Source: Nanobdellota archaeon (GTDB lineage: Archaea > Nanobdellota > Nanobdellia > Woesearchaeales > GW2011-AR4). From it: DNA of 64,000 nucleotides. The notes under the pieces were generated by a model. The model made no database searches. It worked only from the letters and a program-made list of their open reading frames with translations, and was not told where the DNA came from. The position numbers were made by a program, and so were the translations under genes. Below, in pieces: positions 63,961 through 64,000 of this stretch. Position 1 is the first letter of the stretch, and each line of letters starts with the position of its first letter. The stretch covers positions 394 through 64,393 of the forward strand of contig JADFLA010000002.1 of NCBI GenBank assembly GCA_022564635.1. The letters run 5' to 3'.

Positions 63961-64000
63961 AAGCTTAATTAACAGCTTCCGCAACCTTCTCCGCCTTTCA
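63961..64000 (-). repeat. second copy (truncated by the window edge) of the micro-ORF unit at 40997-41036
   Basis: The reverse complement tgaaaggcggagaaggttgcggaagctgttaattaagctt matches 40997 onward except for a 6-nt block and one further position; an oligo-T tract follows on the minus strand. Confidence 0.6.

Overview
AT-rich (roughly 30% GC by eye) archaeal fragment, probably from a small-genome DPANN-type lineage (inference). Archaeal markers: class I LysRS, Pth2, LSm, eL37, eS8, Taw3, TrmI, a DRG-type GTPase, BRE/TATA promoters placed ~25-30 nt before many start codons (leaderless mRNAs), and three tRNA genes that fold only after removing insertions at canonical and non-canonical positions. 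Bacterial-type genes are mixed in: grpE-dnaK-(HD)-dnaJ, a 252-aa TIM and aspartate kinase. Accessory content includes two adjacent giant glycoprotein-like surface proteins sharing a C-terminal stalk module, a cluster of class-III-signal (type IV pilin-like) proteins, four toxin-antitoxin or nucleotidyltransferase modules, and about 15 well-formed orphan genes. The orphans include multi-HTH proteins, a PPR-like repeat protein, an HExxH protein and tandem paralogs. Unexplained non-coding signals: a 115-nt GC-rich multi-stem RNA candidate between LSm and eS8; a dispersed family of GRAAATC-loop-GATTTYC hairpins; a small SD-led micro-ORF unit upstream of grpE with a second copy at the window edge; a partial duplicate of the tRNA-Arg 3' end; a triplicated operator-plus-TATA element; and a 17-bp inverted-repeat pair bracketing one orphan gene. 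No rRNA, CRISPR array, reverse transcriptase or transposase was recognised. All calls come from reading the sequence and remembered family motifs; no searches were run.
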